Positions 43,874-53,877 of a stretch of DNA of 64,000 bases are shown piece after piece. The stretch's first letter is position 1. The number at the start of each line of letters is the position of its first letter. The DNA lies in the NCBI GenBank assembly GCA_003220685.1, contig QHTE01000068.1, forward strand, positions 230 to 64,229, given 5' to 3'. A program made the position numbers and the translations under genes. Source of the DNA: Candidatus Rokuibacteriota bacterium (GTDB lineage: Bacteria; Methylomirabilota; Methylomirabilia; Rokubacteriales; CSP1-6). Below the pieces are notes generated by a model that was not told the DNA's origin, made no database searches, and worked only from the letters and a program-made list of their open reading frames with translations.

Positions 43874-45103
43874 ATGAGCGGCTTCCTGCTCGCCGACGTG
43901 CGCGTCATCGACGCGGCAAGCTTCATCGCCGGGCCCGTCGCGACCACGATCATGGCCGACCTCGGCGCCGACGTGATCAAGATCGAGCCGCCCGAGGGCG
44001 ATCCGTACCGCCATCGCACGGCCGGGCCCGGCGTGGCCGAGAGCCCCTACAACTATCGCTGGATCATCGACAACCGCACCAAGCGCGGCCTCGCGCTGGA
44101 CCTGCGCCAGCCCGCTGGCCAAGCCGTCGTCCATCGGCTGGTCGCGCGCGCCGACGTGTTCGTCACCAACACGCCGCTCGATTCCCGCGCGCGGCTCGGC
44201 ATTCGCTGGACGGATCTGGCGCCGCTCAACCCGCGGCTCGTCTACGCGTCGATGACGGCGTACGGCGAGCGGGGCGAGGAGGCGCCGCGCACCGGCTTCG
44301 ACGCGACGGCCTTATGGGCGCGCACGGGCCTGATGGACCTCGTGCGGCCCTCGCCCGACTCGCCGCCGGCGCGCTCGCTGCCGGGGATGGGAGACCATCC
44401 GACCGGCGTGAGCCTCTTCGCGGCGATCATGACGGCGCTCTATCGGCGCGATCGGACCGGCCAGGGCACGATGGTGTCGACCTCGCTGCTGGCCAACGGC
44501 CTCTGGTGGAACGCGACGCAGATCCAGGCCGCGCTCTGCGGCGCGCGCGTCGAGCCCCGGCCGCCGCGCGAGGAGCCGGCGACCGCGCTCGCGAACCTCT
44601 ATCGCTGCGCCGACAACCGCTGGTTCCTGCTGAACGTGCTCAACGACGATCGGGACTGGCCCCATCTCTTGAAGGCGCTCGAGCGCCCCGACCTTGGGGA
44701 CGACGCGCGCTTCGCCACCACGCCGGCCCGGCGCGCGAACGCTCGCGCGCTGGTTCCGATCTTCGACTCGATCTTCGCGAAGCGGCCGTGGGCCGAGTGG
44801 CGCGCGATCCTGAATCAGCATCGGCTCACGTTCGGCGAGGTGGGCACCGTGGACGATGCGCGCAGCGATCCGCAGATGGTCGCCAGCGGCGCCCTGGTGC
44901 CGCTCGACGATCCACGGGCGGGCGCGTCGCTCACCGTGGCGAGCCCGCTGTGGCTCGAGGACGTCCCTAAGGTCGCGCCCCGATATCCGCCCGAGCTCGG
45001 CGAGCACTCGAGCGAGATCCTCCGCGAGCTCGGCTACGGCGAGGCTGAGATCGACACGCTGATCGCCTCACGCGTCGTCGTGCAGGGCAAAGGCGCGGCC
45101 TGA
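43874..45103 (+). CDS. CaiB/BaiF family CoA-transferase
   Basis: ..VRVIDAASFIAGPVATTIMADLGADVIKIEPP.. is the family III CoA-transferase N-terminal block. Confidence 0.9.
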   Translation: MSGFLLADVRVIDAASFIAGPVATTIMADLGADVIKIEPPEGDPYRHRTAGPGVAESPYNYRWIIDNRTKRGLALDLRQPAGQAVVHRLVARADVFVTNTPLDSRARLGIRWTDLAPLNPRLVYASMTAYGERGEEAPRTGFDATALWARTGLMDLVRPSPDSPPARSLPGMGDHPTGVSLFAAIMTALYRRDRTGQGTMVSTSLLANGLWWNATQIQAALCGARVEPRPPREEPATALANLYRCADNRWFLLNVLNDDRDWPHLLKALERPDLGDDARFATTPARRANARALVPIFDSIFAKRPWAEWRAILNQHRLTFGEVGTVDDARSDPQMVASGALVPLDDPRAGASLTVASPLWLEDVPKVAPRYPPELGEHSSEILRELGYGEAEIDTLIASRVVVQGKGAA

Positions 45104-45114
45104 AGCTGCCCCGG

Positions 45115-45789
45115 CTAGCCTTCGCGGAGCCGCGCGAGCAACCCTGGAAGCTTTTCCAGCGATCCCAGTGTGTATTCCGCCATCACGGATTCGGCGAGCG
45201 TATAGCGCGGAATCAGGCACACCGGGAGACCCGCCGAGCGAGCGGCGGTGACGCCGACCGATGAGTCCTCCACCACCAGGCAGTCCGGCTTCACCGCCGA
45301 CCTCAGGGACCGCAGCCGACTGAACGCGACCTCGTAGCACTGTGGGTCCGGCTTGCCGCGCTCGACGTCATCGCCGCCGACCACGAAGCTCACTAGGCCC
45401 GAGAGCCCGTAGTGCTCGACCGTCAAGGCGATGGTCGCCCGCGCTGATGAAGAGACGATTGCGGCCACCGCGCCGTGGTCGGACACGCTGGCCAGCGCCT
45501 CCCGAGCGCCGGGGAGCAAGCAGACGCCTGCCGGAAAGAAGTCGACGTAGTGCTTCTCGCGCAGCGAGCTGAGCTCCTGCAGCGGAGCGGTTCGTTCGTC
45601 GACACCCAGAGCATCACGTCTGGCCGCGAGGATTTCTCGCATCCGGCGACCAAAGAAGGGACCGGTCCGCCTGAGCGCCTCGTCCCAATCCATGCCGAAC
45701 GCGCCGAAGGCGCGACGGCTTGCCTCTCGATGGCAACCGCCGGCATCGATCAGCGTTTCGTCGAGGTCGAAGAAGACGCCACTCAGCAT
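45115..45789 (-). CDS. HAD family hydrolase
   Basis: MLSGVFFDLDETLID contains the DxD motif I. The blocks ..IVSSS.. and ..VVEDSSVG.. are present. The start is set at ATG 45789; the alternative is 45822. Confidence 0.8.
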   Translation of the reverse strand: MLSGVFFDLDETLIDAGGCHREASRRAFGAFGMDWDEALRRTGPFFGRRMREILAARRDALGVDERTAPLQELSSLREKHYVDFFPAGVCLLPGAREALASVSDHGAVAAIVSSSARATIALTVEHYGLSGLVSFVVGGDDVERGKPDPQCYEVAFSRLRSLRSAVKPDCLVVEDSSVGVTAARSAGLPVCLIPRYTLAESVMAEYTLGSLEKLPGLLARLREG

Positions 45790-45802
45790 CGCGGCGGCGC
45801 GC

Positions 45803-46960
45803 TCAGCCGAGCCGGACCCCATACTTCTCTAGCGTGTCCTGGCGCAGCTCGAGCCCGAGCCCCGGCGTGTCGGGCACGGCCATGAAGCCGTCGACGATCT
45901 TCGGCCGCTCGCGGAACAGCTCGAACCAGAGCGGGTCGCGCGTCGGATCGGCGAACGATTCGAGGATGAAGCCGGTCGGGCTCGCGGCGACGGCGTGGAC
46001 GTGGATCTGCGGGTCGTGGTGGGCGGCGAGCGGCACCTGGTAGAGCTCGGCCATCACCGCCGCCTTGCGCCAGACCGTGAGCCCGCCTGCCCACGTCGAG
46101 TCGATGATCAGATAGTCGACGAGACCCTCGGCCACCATCGTGCGCAAGCCGAAGGGCGTGAACTCCGTCTCGCCCGCGGAGATCGGCACGTCTACCTCGG
46201 CCTTCAGGCGGCGCAGCGCATGGCGCTCGTCGTACCAGGGCATCGGATCCTCGAGCCAGAAGATGTTGTACGGCTCGCAGAGCCGAGTCGCGCGCACGGC
46301 ACTCGGCAGATCCCAGCCCTGATTCGCGTCGAGCATGATGGCCACGTCGTCGCCGACCGCCTTGCGGATCACGCCGACGCGCTCGGCGTCGGCCTCGGGC
46401 GAGAGACCCGCGACCTTGACCTTCACGGTGCGATAGCCGTGCTCGAGATAGAGCGCGGCCTCGCGCCGGAGATCGTCGGGGCGCTCGCCGTCGCGATAGT
46501 AGAAGCCCGTCACGTACGCGGGTACCCGCGAGCGGAGCGCCCCGCCGAGCAGGGCGTGAACCGGCCGGCCCGTCGCCTTGCCCATGAGGTCCCACAGCGC
46601 GATGTCGATGGCGCTGATCGCGGTCACGAGCTGGCGGCGCTGGTGCGCCAGGGTCGGGATCCCGCGCACGCTCGTATAGGTCAGCGCGAAGAGATCCTGC
46701 CAGACGCGCTCGACACTGAAGGGATCCTGGCCGACGACGAGGGGCGTGACGCGCTCGAGGATCTGGCCGACGGCCTTCATGGCCTCCGGACCGCCTTGAG
46801 ACAGGAAAGGCCCGTGAGCCTCGCCGATGCCGACGAGGCCGGAATCGGTCGTCAGCTTCACGATCAGCTCGCTGACCCGGCTGATCGTCGACGTCGAGGT
46901 GCGGACCGGCTGCGGCAGCGGTGCGGACAGGAAGTACGTGTCGAGCGCTTTGACCTTCAT
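45803..46960 (-). CDS. Enolase-superfamily enzyme (mandelate racemase/muconate lactonizing enzyme family)
   Basis: The start is at internal ATG 46960 (MKVKALDTYF..), preceded by GGAGGGA. The blocks ..GIGEAHG.., ..VKVKVAG.., ..IMLDANQGW.., ..WLEDP.. and ..ISAGE.. are present. Confidence 0.88.
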   Translation of the reverse strand: MKVKALDTYFLSAPLPQPVRTSTSTISRVSELIVKLTTDSGLVGIGEAHGPFLSQGGPEAMKAVGQILERVTPLVVGQDPFSVERVWQDLFALTYTSVRGIPTLAHQRRQLVTAISAIDIALWDLMGKATGRPVHALLGGALRSRVPAYVTGFYYRDGERPDDLRREAALYLEHGYRTVKVKVAGLSPEADAERVGVIRKAVGDDVAIMLDANQGWDLPSAVRATRLCEPYNIFWLEDPMPWYDERHALRRLKAEVDVPISAGETEFTPFGLRTMVAEGLVDYLIIDSTWAGGLTVWRKAAVMAELYQVPLAAHHDPQIHVHAVAASPTGFILESFADPTRDPLWFELFRERPKIVDGFMAVPDTPGLGLELRQDTLEKYGVRLG

Positions 46961-47020
46961 CTCGTTCCCTCCGCGGCGATGATACCCTAGCTCGACTGTT
47001 CGAACCCTCACGGAGGCGCG

Positions 47021-48562
47021 ATGAAATCATTCGTGATCCGACTCGTGGTCGTCACCTCGGGCCTGCTCTTCGCCGCCGCCGGAGAGCCCGCTCTCGCCGC
47101 TCCCGACGGCACGATGACCTGGGGCGTTCACGTCACCCTGGCCGCGCGCTGGCTCGATCCGAGCGACACCGAGGCGTTCATCACGCCGTTCATGGTGTTG
47201 TACGCGCTGCACGACGCGCTGGTGAAGCCGATGCCCGGCGGCGACAACACGCCGAGCCTCGCCGAGTCGTGGGCCGCGTCGAAGGACGGCCTCACCTACG
47301 AGTTCGTTTTGCGAAAGGGCGTGAAGTTCCACAACGGTGACGCGGTCACGGCCGAGGACGTCAAGTACTCCTTCGAGCGCTATCACGGCGCGGCGGCCAA
47401 GCTGCTGAAGGATCGCGTGCGCGAGATCCAGGTCGTCGATCCTTCCCGCGTTCGATTCGTACTGAAAGAGCCGTGGCCCGATTTCATGACCTTCTACGGG
47501 ACTTCCGCCACCGGGGCGGCGTGGATCGTGCCCAAGAAATACGTCGAGAAAGTCGGCGAGGACGGCTTCAAGAAGGCGCCGATCGGCGCCGGACCCTACA
47601 AGTTCGTGAGCTTCAACCCGGGCGTCGATCTCGTGATGGAGGCCTTCGAGGGCTACTGGCGCAAGGTGCCGAGCGTGAAGCGGCTCGTGTTCCGGAGCAT
47701 GCCCGACGAGACCACGCGCGGCGCGGCGCTCAAGGCCGGCGACGTCGACATCGTCTATCTCCTGAGCGGTCCCGTGGCGGCCGAGATCAAGCGCTCGCCG
47801 GGGCTGCGCCTGGCCGCCGCGGTGCCGCCGGGCGTCGTGTTCCTCGATCTGCCGGAGCAGTGGGAGCCGAAGTCACCCTGGGCCGACCGGCGCGTGCGGC
47901 TGGCGGCGAGCCACGCCCTCGATCGAAGCGTGTTGAATCAGGCTGAGACGCTCGGGCTCTCGCGGCCGACCGGCGGGCTCGTCCCGCGCGTGCTCGAGTT
48001 CGCGAAGTCGTTCGAGCCTCCCGCCTACGACCCGGCGCGTGCCAGAAAGCTCCTCGCCGAGGCCGGCTATTCCTCGGGCTTCGACGCGGGTGACCTCACG
48101 CCGTTCCCGCCCTTCTTCTCGTTGGCCGAGGCGATCGGGAACTACCTGCAAGAGGTCGGCATCCGCACGCGGGTGCGCACGATGGAGCGCGCCGCGTTCC
48201 TCACGGCGTGGCGCGAGCACAAGATCAAGGGCGTCATCATGGGGCTCGGCGCGCCGGCCGGCAACGCGGCCACGCGCATCGAGGCCTACGTGATCAAAAC
48301 CGGCATCTACACCTCGGGCGTGGTGCCGGAGATCGAGGATCTCTACGCGCGCCAGGCCCGCGAGCTGGACCGGAAGAAGCGCGAGTCGATGCTGCACCAG
48401 ATCCAGCAGATCATGCACGACCGGGCCGTGCACGTGCCGATCTACGAGGTGGCATTCCTGTGGGGCATCGGGCCGCGCGTCGACGAAGCGTGCGTCGACC
48501 ACATCAAAGGCTTTGCCTACTCGGCGCCATATGAGGATCTGAAGCTGAAGCCGGGCCGCTGA
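47021..48562 (+). CDS. ABC transporter substrate-binding protein, family 5, Sec signal
   Basis: The signal peptide is MKSFVIRLVVVTSGLLFAAAGEPALA. SBP-5 blocks are present (..FHNGDAVTAEDVKYSF.., ..GAGPYKFV..). Confidence 0.9.
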   Translation: MKSFVIRLVVVTSGLLFAAAGEPALAAPDGTMTWGVHVTLAARWLDPSDTEAFITPFMVLYALHDALVKPMPGGDNTPSLAESWAASKDGLTYEFVLRKGVKFHNGDAVTAEDVKYSFERYHGAAAKLLKDRVREIQVVDPSRVRFVLKEPWPDFMTFYGTSATGAAWIVPKKYVEKVGEDGFKKAPIGAGPYKFVSFNPGVDLVMEAFEGYWRKVPSVKRLVFRSMPDETTRGAALKAGDVDIVYLLSGPVAAEIKRSPGLRLAAAVPPGVVFLDLPEQWEPKSPWADRRVRLAASHALDRSVLNQAETLGLSRPTGGLVPRVLEFAKSFEPPAYDPARARKLLAEAGYSSGFDAGDLTPFPPFFSLAEAIGNYLQEVGIRTRVRTMERAAFLTAWREHKIKGVIMGLGAPAGNAATRIEAYVIKTGIYTSGVVPEIEDLYARQARELDRKKRESMLHQIQQIMHDRAVHVPIYEVAFLWGIGPRVDEACVDHIKGFAYSAPYEDLKLKPGR

Positions 48563-48635
48563 GCCGCGCGGCGGCGCGCGCCGGAGCTCGCGGCGGGGGA
48601 CTACGCGTCAGCGGGTGTGAGGCGGCCCCCCTCGA

Positions 48636-49925
48636 TCACGAGCTCGCACCGCCGGCTTCGCACGCCGCGAGCCTCGCCGCGTAGAAGCGTTGCTCGCGCG
48701 CGTTGTCGGTAAGCTCGAGCGCGCGGCGATATTCCGCGGCTGCCTCGGCCGAGCGCCCGAGACGGCGGAGGAAGTCGGCGCGCGCGGCCGGCAGCAGGTG
48801 ATAGGAGGAGAGCGACGCGGCGTCGATGCCGTCGAGGGCCACGAGCCCGGCGGCCGGCCCGCGCGCGAGGCCGATCGCGACCGCGCGGTTCAGCTCCACC
48901 ACCGGCGACGGCGCGATCTCGGCGAGCGCGCGATAATGCGTCACGATCGCCTCCCAGTCCGTCGCCTCCCACGACGCGGCGCGCGCGTGGCAGGCGGCGA
49001 TCGCGGCCTGGAGCTGATAGGGGCCGGCGTGCGATAGCGGGCCCCCGCGGCCGAGCAGCGCCAGGCCGCGCGCGATCCGGGGCTGGTCCCAGCGCGATCG
49101 GTCCTGATCCGCGAGCAGCACCAGGTTGCCGTCGGCGTCGGCGCGCGTCGCCGCGCGCGAGGTCTGCAGCTCCATCAGTGCGAGGAGCCCGAGCACCTCG
49201 GGCTCCTCTGGCATCAGCTCGGCGATCATGCGGCCGAGGCGGACGGCCTCCTGGCAGAGATCGTGACGCACGAGCGCGTCGCCGCTGTGCGCCGCGTAGC
49301 CCTCGTTGAAGATCAGATAGACCACGGCGAGCACGGCCGGGAGCCGCGCGGCCAGCTCCGCGCCCTCGGGCACCTCATAGGGCAGGGCGCGGTCGCGGAT
49401 GGTGCGCTTGGCGCGCACGAGGCGCTGCGCGATCGTCGGCTCGGGCACGAGAAACGCGCGTGCGATCTCGGTGGTCGAGAGTCCGCCGACCAGCCTCAGG
49501 GTGAGCGCCACGCGGCTGTCGGCCGGCAGACCCGGATGACAGCAAGTGAAGATCAGCCGAAGCCGGTCGTCGGCGATCGTCTCGGGATCCCTCACGTCGG
49601 GAATCTCGTCGCCCGCGCCGAGCGCGCCCTCGTAGGCGAGCGCCTCGGCCTTGGCTCCCGCCCGGCGGGCGTGACGGAGACGGTCGATCGCGCGCCGGCG
49701 CGCCGTCGTAAGGAGCCAGCCGCCCGGCCGATCCGGCGCGCCGGTCACGGGCCAGCGGTCGAGCGCTTGCTCGAACGCCTCCTGGACGATCTCCTCGGCC
49801 AGGTCGATGTCGCGCACCATCCGCAGCACCGACGCGACGACGCGCCCGTACTCCTCGCGGAACGCCTCCGCGACGCGCGCATGAGCGTCGGAATCCGGCG
49901 TCTGCCCGTGACCGCTCGCCGTCAC
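48636..49925 (-). CDS. ECF-like RNA polymerase sigma factor with a long C-terminal helical-repeat domain (the type found next to YciI proteins)
   Basis: Region 2 reads ..DLAEEIVQEAFEQALDRWP... Region 4 reads ..LRLVGGLSTTEIARAFLVPEPTIAQRLVRAK... The C-terminal extension is about 230 aa. Confidence 0.82.
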   Translation of the reverse strand: MTASGHGQTPDSDAHARVAEAFREEYGRVVASVLRMVRDIDLAEEIVQEAFEQALDRWPVTGAPDRPGGWLLTTARRRAIDRLRHARRAGAKAEALAYEGALGAGDEIPDVRDPETIADDRLRLIFTCCHPGLPADSRVALTLRLVGGLSTTEIARAFLVPEPTIAQRLVRAKRTIRDRALPYEVPEGAELAARLPAVLAVVYLIFNEGYAAHSGDALVRHDLCQEAVRLGRMIAELMPEEPEVLGLLALMELQTSRAATRADADGNLVLLADQDRSRWDQPRIARGLALLGRGGPLSHAGPYQLQAAIAACHARAASWEATDWEAIVTHYRALAEIAPSPVVELNRAVAIGLARGPAAGLVALDGIDAASLSSYHLLPAARADFLRRLGRSAEAAAEYRRALELTDNAREQRFYAARLAACEAGGASS

Positions 49926-49981
49926 GAGCAGAGATGTTACCTGATGCTCGAGCCCCCGCGGCCGCTACGGCAGGGCTTCGC

Positions 49982-50326
49982 TCACATCGGCCAGACGGGC
50001 CGGATGTCGATCGAGCCGCCCTCGCGGAGCGGAATCTTCTTCGCCCACTCGATCGCCTCGGACTTGGAGTCGCACTCGATCAGGTAGAAGCCGCCCAAGA
50101 CTTCCTTGGTCTCGGTGAACGGGCCGTCCGTGACCTGACCCTGGCCGGCCTTGAACCGGATGCGGCTCGCGTCCTCGTCGCCACGCAGGCGCTCGCCGTG
50201 GACCATCTTCTTGGCGGCCATGAGCTCCTCGCCGAACCGCTGGTGGCCCTTCAGCACGGCCTCCATCTCGGCCTTCTGCGGCGGCGGCGCGTTCTTGTCG
50301 GAATTGATGAGCAGCATGTAGCGCAT
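49982..50326 (-). CDS. YciI family protein
   Basis: The start is at internal ATG 50326 (MRYMLLINSD..), preceded by AAGGAGG. The hallmark ..DGPFTETKEVLGGFYLIE.. is present. Confidence 0.88.
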   Translation of the reverse strand: MRYMLLINSDKNAPPPQKAEMEAVLKGHQRFGEELMAAKKMVHGERLRGDEDASRIRFKAGQGQVTDGPFTETKEVLGGFYLIECDSKSEAIEWAKKIPLREGGSIDIRPVWPM

Positions 50327-50448
50327 AGGTCCTCCTTGGTATGATCGCCCGGCTCGAAGCCGCCCGGCGGTCCTCATCTATACGACGCCGATGACCGCCT
50401 GGAATCGACACTGGCCCATCAGACCCGTTCCGCTGGTAGGATACGCGC

Positions 50449-51393
50449 ATGCCGCCCGCCGTCGACCGGGTCCGCGTCACGACCGTCGTCGACAATTACA
50501 TCGACAACCTGCGGCAGGACGAGGCGATCGCCCGCCGCTACAGCGCCTTCGTGGCCGGTAAGATGCCGGATCTGCGGGCCGAGCACGGCCTGGCCCACCT
50601 GGTCGAGGCGACCCGGGGCGCCGAGCGGTTCACGATGGCCCTCGACTTCGGGCTCACCGCCGACACGATGAACCACAACTTCCGCGAGTTGGCGCTCGAT
50701 CCGGGCGCGATCGATGCACTCGCCCTCTCTCACGGCCATCGCGACCACTGGGGCGGGTTGACCGGCTTCTTGCACGGGTGGCGGCGGCGCCTCCGCCGAG
50801 ACCTGGCCTTCTACGGCGGCGTCGATCACTTCAGTCCCCGCTGGCAGCAGCGGGGCGAGCGCCGCGTCTACAGCGGCCGCCTGTCGCGCGACGAGATCGA
50901 GCGATACGGGATCGACGTGCGGCTCGTCGCCAAGCCGACGCCGATCGTCGAGGGCCTCTGGCTCTCGGGCGAGATGCACGGGGCCGAGGACTGGGAGACC
51001 ATCCCGTCGAACCTGCGCGTGGAAGAGGAAGGCGGCGAGCTGGTCCAGGACACGTTCATCGGCGAGCAGACCCTGGTGGCCAACGTGCGCGATCGCGGGC
51101 TCGTCGTGGTCACCTCGTGCTCGCATCGCGGCATCGTCGGCATCTGCCGCAACGCCGCCCGCTTCACCGGCGTCCCGCGCGTGCACGCGGTCATCGGCGG
51201 CTTCCACCTGAGCGGCCTCGACGAGGCCCGCATCACGCGCGTGGTCGACGCGTTTCGCGACCTCGAGGTGGAGCACGTGATCCCGCAGCACTGCACCGGG
51301 ATCGAGGCCATCTGCGCGATCGTGCAGCGGCTGCCGGGCCGGTTCACCGCCAGCTCGGTCGGCACGACGTTCGAGTTCACGGCCCCCAACTAA
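50449..51393 (+). CDS. MBL-fold metallo-hydrolase
   Basis: ..ALALSHGHRDHWGG.. contains the HxHxDH motif. TAGGAT lies 6 nt upstream of the ATG. Confidence 0.85.
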   Translation: MPPAVDRVRVTTVVDNYIDNLRQDEAIARRYSAFVAGKMPDLRAEHGLAHLVEATRGAERFTMALDFGLTADTMNHNFRELALDPGAIDALALSHGHRDHWGGLTGFLHGWRRRLRRDLAFYGGVDHFSPRWQQRGERRVYSGRLSRDEIERYGIDVRLVAKPTPIVEGLWLSGEMHGAEDWETIPSNLRVEEEGGELVQDTFIGEQTLVANVRDRGLVVVTSCSHRGIVGICRNAARFTGVPRVHAVIGGFHLSGLDEARITRVVDAFRDLEVEHVIPQHCTGIEAICAIVQRLPGRFTASSVGTTFEFTAPN

Positions 51394-51430
51394 CGGTCAC
51401 CGGCGCCAGCGCGCCACGGGAGGGATCGAG

Positions 51431-51859
51431 ATGAGCGAGCCCAAGCAGCTGTTCAGCGCGAGCCTCGCGAAGGACGCCGTCTACAAGTCCGGCCTCCGGA
51501 GCTTCATGGAATACCGCGACCTCGGCATCGAGCCCGCGACGCACGGGAAGTTCCGCGCCCATACCATCCGGATCAAGAAGGAATCGGCCGGCAACCACGA
51601 CCTGCACACGACGGGCCTCCACCAGCACCTCTGCGACTTCCAGATGTTCTACGTGCTGAACGGCTGGATCAAGTTCGTCTACGAGGATCACGGCGAGCAT
51701 ACCTTCACGAAGGGTGACTGCATCCTGCAGCCGCCGGGCATCGTGCACAACGAGCTCGACTGCTCCGACGACCTCGAGGTCCTCGAGATTTATTCGCCGG
51801 CCGTCCACGAGACCCGGGTCGTCCGTCAGATGCCGGAGGCGGTCGCCGCCGCGCGCTGA
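51431..51859 (+). CDS. Cupin domain protein
   Basis: ..HQHLCDFQMFYVLNGWIKFVYEDHGEHTFTKGDCILQPPGIVHNE.. is a cupin motif. GGGAGGG precedes the ATG. Confidence 0.8.
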   Translation: MSEPKQLFSASLAKDAVYKSGLRSFMEYRDLGIEPATHGKFRAHTIRIKKESAGNHDLHTTGLHQHLCDFQMFYVLNGWIKFVYEDHGEHTFTKGDCILQPPGIVHNELDCSDDLEVLEIYSPAVHETRVVRQMPEAVAAAR

Positions 51860-51888
51860 GCGCGCCGGCGAGGCCCGAAAGGACGAAC

Positions 51889-52260
51889 ATGCCGAAAGTG
51901 TGGCGGGTGTACAGCGGCTCGGACGGCAAGTCGCACCTCGCCGAGGTGCCGCTCGCGATGAAGCCGTTCTCCGACGTCGAAGGTGCCCACGGCGAGGGGA
52001 CGCCCATGCAGCCGGCGAGCGGCATCGCGTTTCGCGTGGCGCCGCCGGGCTACGTGCTCAGCTGGCACTGTGCCCCGCGGCGCCAGTACTCGATCTCGCT
52101 CTCGGGCACCGCGGAGATCGAGGTGGGTGACGGCACGATCGCGCGGGTCGGTCCGGGCGACGTGATCCTGGCCGAAGATCTCACGGGTCAAGGCCACGTC
52201 ACCCGCGTCGTCGGCGACCAGCCCCGGATGTACGCGATCGTGCCGCTGACCGACGGGTAG
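51889..52260 (+). CDS. Cupin-like small protein
   Basis: The blocks ..SWHCAPRRQYSISLSGTAEIEVGDGTIARVGPGDVILAED..GQGH.. are present. The product is 123 aa. AAAGGA precedes the ATG. Confidence 0.7.
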   Translation: MPKVWRVYSGSDGKSHLAEVPLAMKPFSDVEGAHGEGTPMQPASGIAFRVAPPGYVLSWHCAPRRQYSISLSGTAEIEVGDGTIARVGPGDVILAEDLTGQGHVTRVVGDQPRMYAIVPLTDG

Positions 52261-52342
52261 CAGCCGCGGCCGCGAGGGCTCCGATTCCCCGCGTGTCAGC
52301 GGGCGTTGCCTGGCTTCCCGATCAGCACGCCGTTGATGTCGA

Positions 52343-53794
52343 TCAGTTCCCGATGATCTTCGCGGCGTCCCCGGTGAGCCGCACGATGTGCAGCCCCGTG
52401 TTGGCGCGGTCGGCCAGGTAGACGTAGCCGCGCTCGTCGGCCTCGACGTTGTTGGTCTGGATCGCGACCTTGCAGCTGCGGGTCGGCTCGGTCACGCAGC
52501 GCTCGGCCGTCCGCTCCGTCGTCGCCGGGATGTAGAACGCGGCGTCGCGCGGCGCGTACGGGTTGCGGATGTCCACGGCGCGCACGCCCGCGTTGAAGTA
52601 GGCCACGAAGACCAGCTTCTTGTAGAAGATCGGCGCGAACGACTCGCTGCTCGAGTGCGGGCCGAAGCGCCCGCCCCGCTTGCAGAAGCCGCCGCGCGAC
52701 TCGGGCACCTGGAAGGTCGCCACCGAGAACGGCCGCGTCTCGGTCGTGATGTCGACCAGGAACGTGGCGTGACGGAACTCGCGGCACTCGTTCGCGATCG
52801 CCTCCGACACGAGCACGACGAAGTCGCGCACGTTGCCCTTCGTGTTGCTGGCCCAGTCGGCGATCGTCATCCCCAGCACCGGGAACGCCGTGTGGCCGCC
52901 CCAGTTGGGCGACATGGAGAGCCGGCTCACCTCGGGCGCGCTGAGATTCGCTTGTGTCGGCTCCTTCGGCCCGGTCAGGAGCTTCTGGCGATCGACGATC
53001 TGCAAGATCCCGTCGGCGCTGGTGCCGTACGCGAAGTAGACGCGATTGCCGAGCGCGATCGGCCCGTGCGCGCCGGGCGGTACGGGCGAGGCGCTCGAGC
53101 CGGGCTCCTGGCCGGCCAGGCCGAAGTCGCGCACGAAGATGGGCTTCGCCGGATCGCTGAGATCGTAGATCTTCGTCATGCGCGCGGTGCGCCAGCCCGA
53201 GGGGCCGGCCTGCAGCGGATCGGTCTTGGCCAGATCGCCGGAGACGAGATAGGCGGTGCCGGTGTCGCATTCCCAGAAGTTCTTGTGCGTGGAGGTGAGG
53301 CCGGAGACCACGGTGCTCGCCTTGCGCGGCTTCGCCGGGTCGCTCACGTCCCAGACCTCGTGGCCGGAGTTGGGGACCGCGTTGCCGAACGTCCGCAGTA
53401 GATACGTCTTGCCCTGACGGTCGCAGACGCGCGCCATCTGCGCGCCGCCCTGCTCGGAGCCGCCGGTCGGGCCGGGGATGTGCGCCAGATAGCGCGGCCG
53501 CGCCGGATCGGTCACGTCGACGATCGAGGTGCCGTTGTCTTCATCCGCGCCGGTCAAGGGATTACGCGCCTTGCCGCCGTGATGGCCGACGTAGGCGATG
53601 AAGCGGCCGCCCTGCTTGTGGATCGTCGGCTGGTAGGCCGAGCGCCCCTGGAGATCGTCGTGACCGACCAGCTCCATGTCGCGCGCTTCGGCGCCGTGAC
53701 CGCGCGGCGCTTGCGACGACGCGGGCCCGGCAGCAAGCGAGATCAGTGCGAGCCCCAGGACGATCACCGAAAGACGCGCTGTCAGGGAGGTCAT
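52343..53794 (-). CDS. Secreted LVIVD-repeat beta-propeller protein
   Basis: The signal peptide is MTSLTARLSVIVLGLALISLAAGPASS. The repeat motifs are VDVTDPARP, WDVSDPAKP, IYDLSDPAKP, GVRAVDIRNP and GLHIVRL. Confidence 0.8.
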   Translation of the reverse strand: MTSLTARLSVIVLGLALISLAAGPASSQAPRGHGAEARDMELVGHDDLQGRSAYQPTIHKQGGRFIAYVGHHGGKARNPLTGADEDNGTSIVDVTDPARPRYLAHIPGPTGGSEQGGAQMARVCDRQGKTYLLRTFGNAVPNSGHEVWDVSDPAKPRKASTVVSGLTSTHKNFWECDTGTAYLVSGDLAKTDPLQAGPSGWRTARMTKIYDLSDPAKPIFVRDFGLAGQEPGSSASPVPPGAHGPIALGNRVYFAYGTSADGILQIVDRQKLLTGPKEPTQANLSAPEVSRLSMSPNWGGHTAFPVLGMTIADWASNTKGNVRDFVVLVSEAIANECREFRHATFLVDITTETRPFSVATFQVPESRGGFCKRGGRFGPHSSSESFAPIFYKKLVFVAYFNAGVRAVDIRNPYAPRDAAFYIPATTERTAERCVTEPTRSCKVAIQTNNVEADERGYVYLADRANTGLHIVRLTGDAAKIIGN

Positions 53795-53841
53795 GGCCGG
53801 CTCCTTTCAGCGGGATGATAGCGCGTATTCATCGGCTGACG

Positions 53842-53871
53842 TTGAGGTCACCCGCGGCGATGACTTAGAGT
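53842..53871 (+). promoter_or_regulatory. Candidate promoter (TTGAGG-N18-TAGAGT) with the -10 6 nt upstream of the Uma2 gene ATG (leaderless type)
   Basis: TTGAGG is at 53842-53847. TAGAGT at 53866-53871 is followed by cgaggc and then ATG at 53878. There is no Shine-Dalgarno. Confidence 0.4.
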
Positions 53872-53877
53872 CGAGGC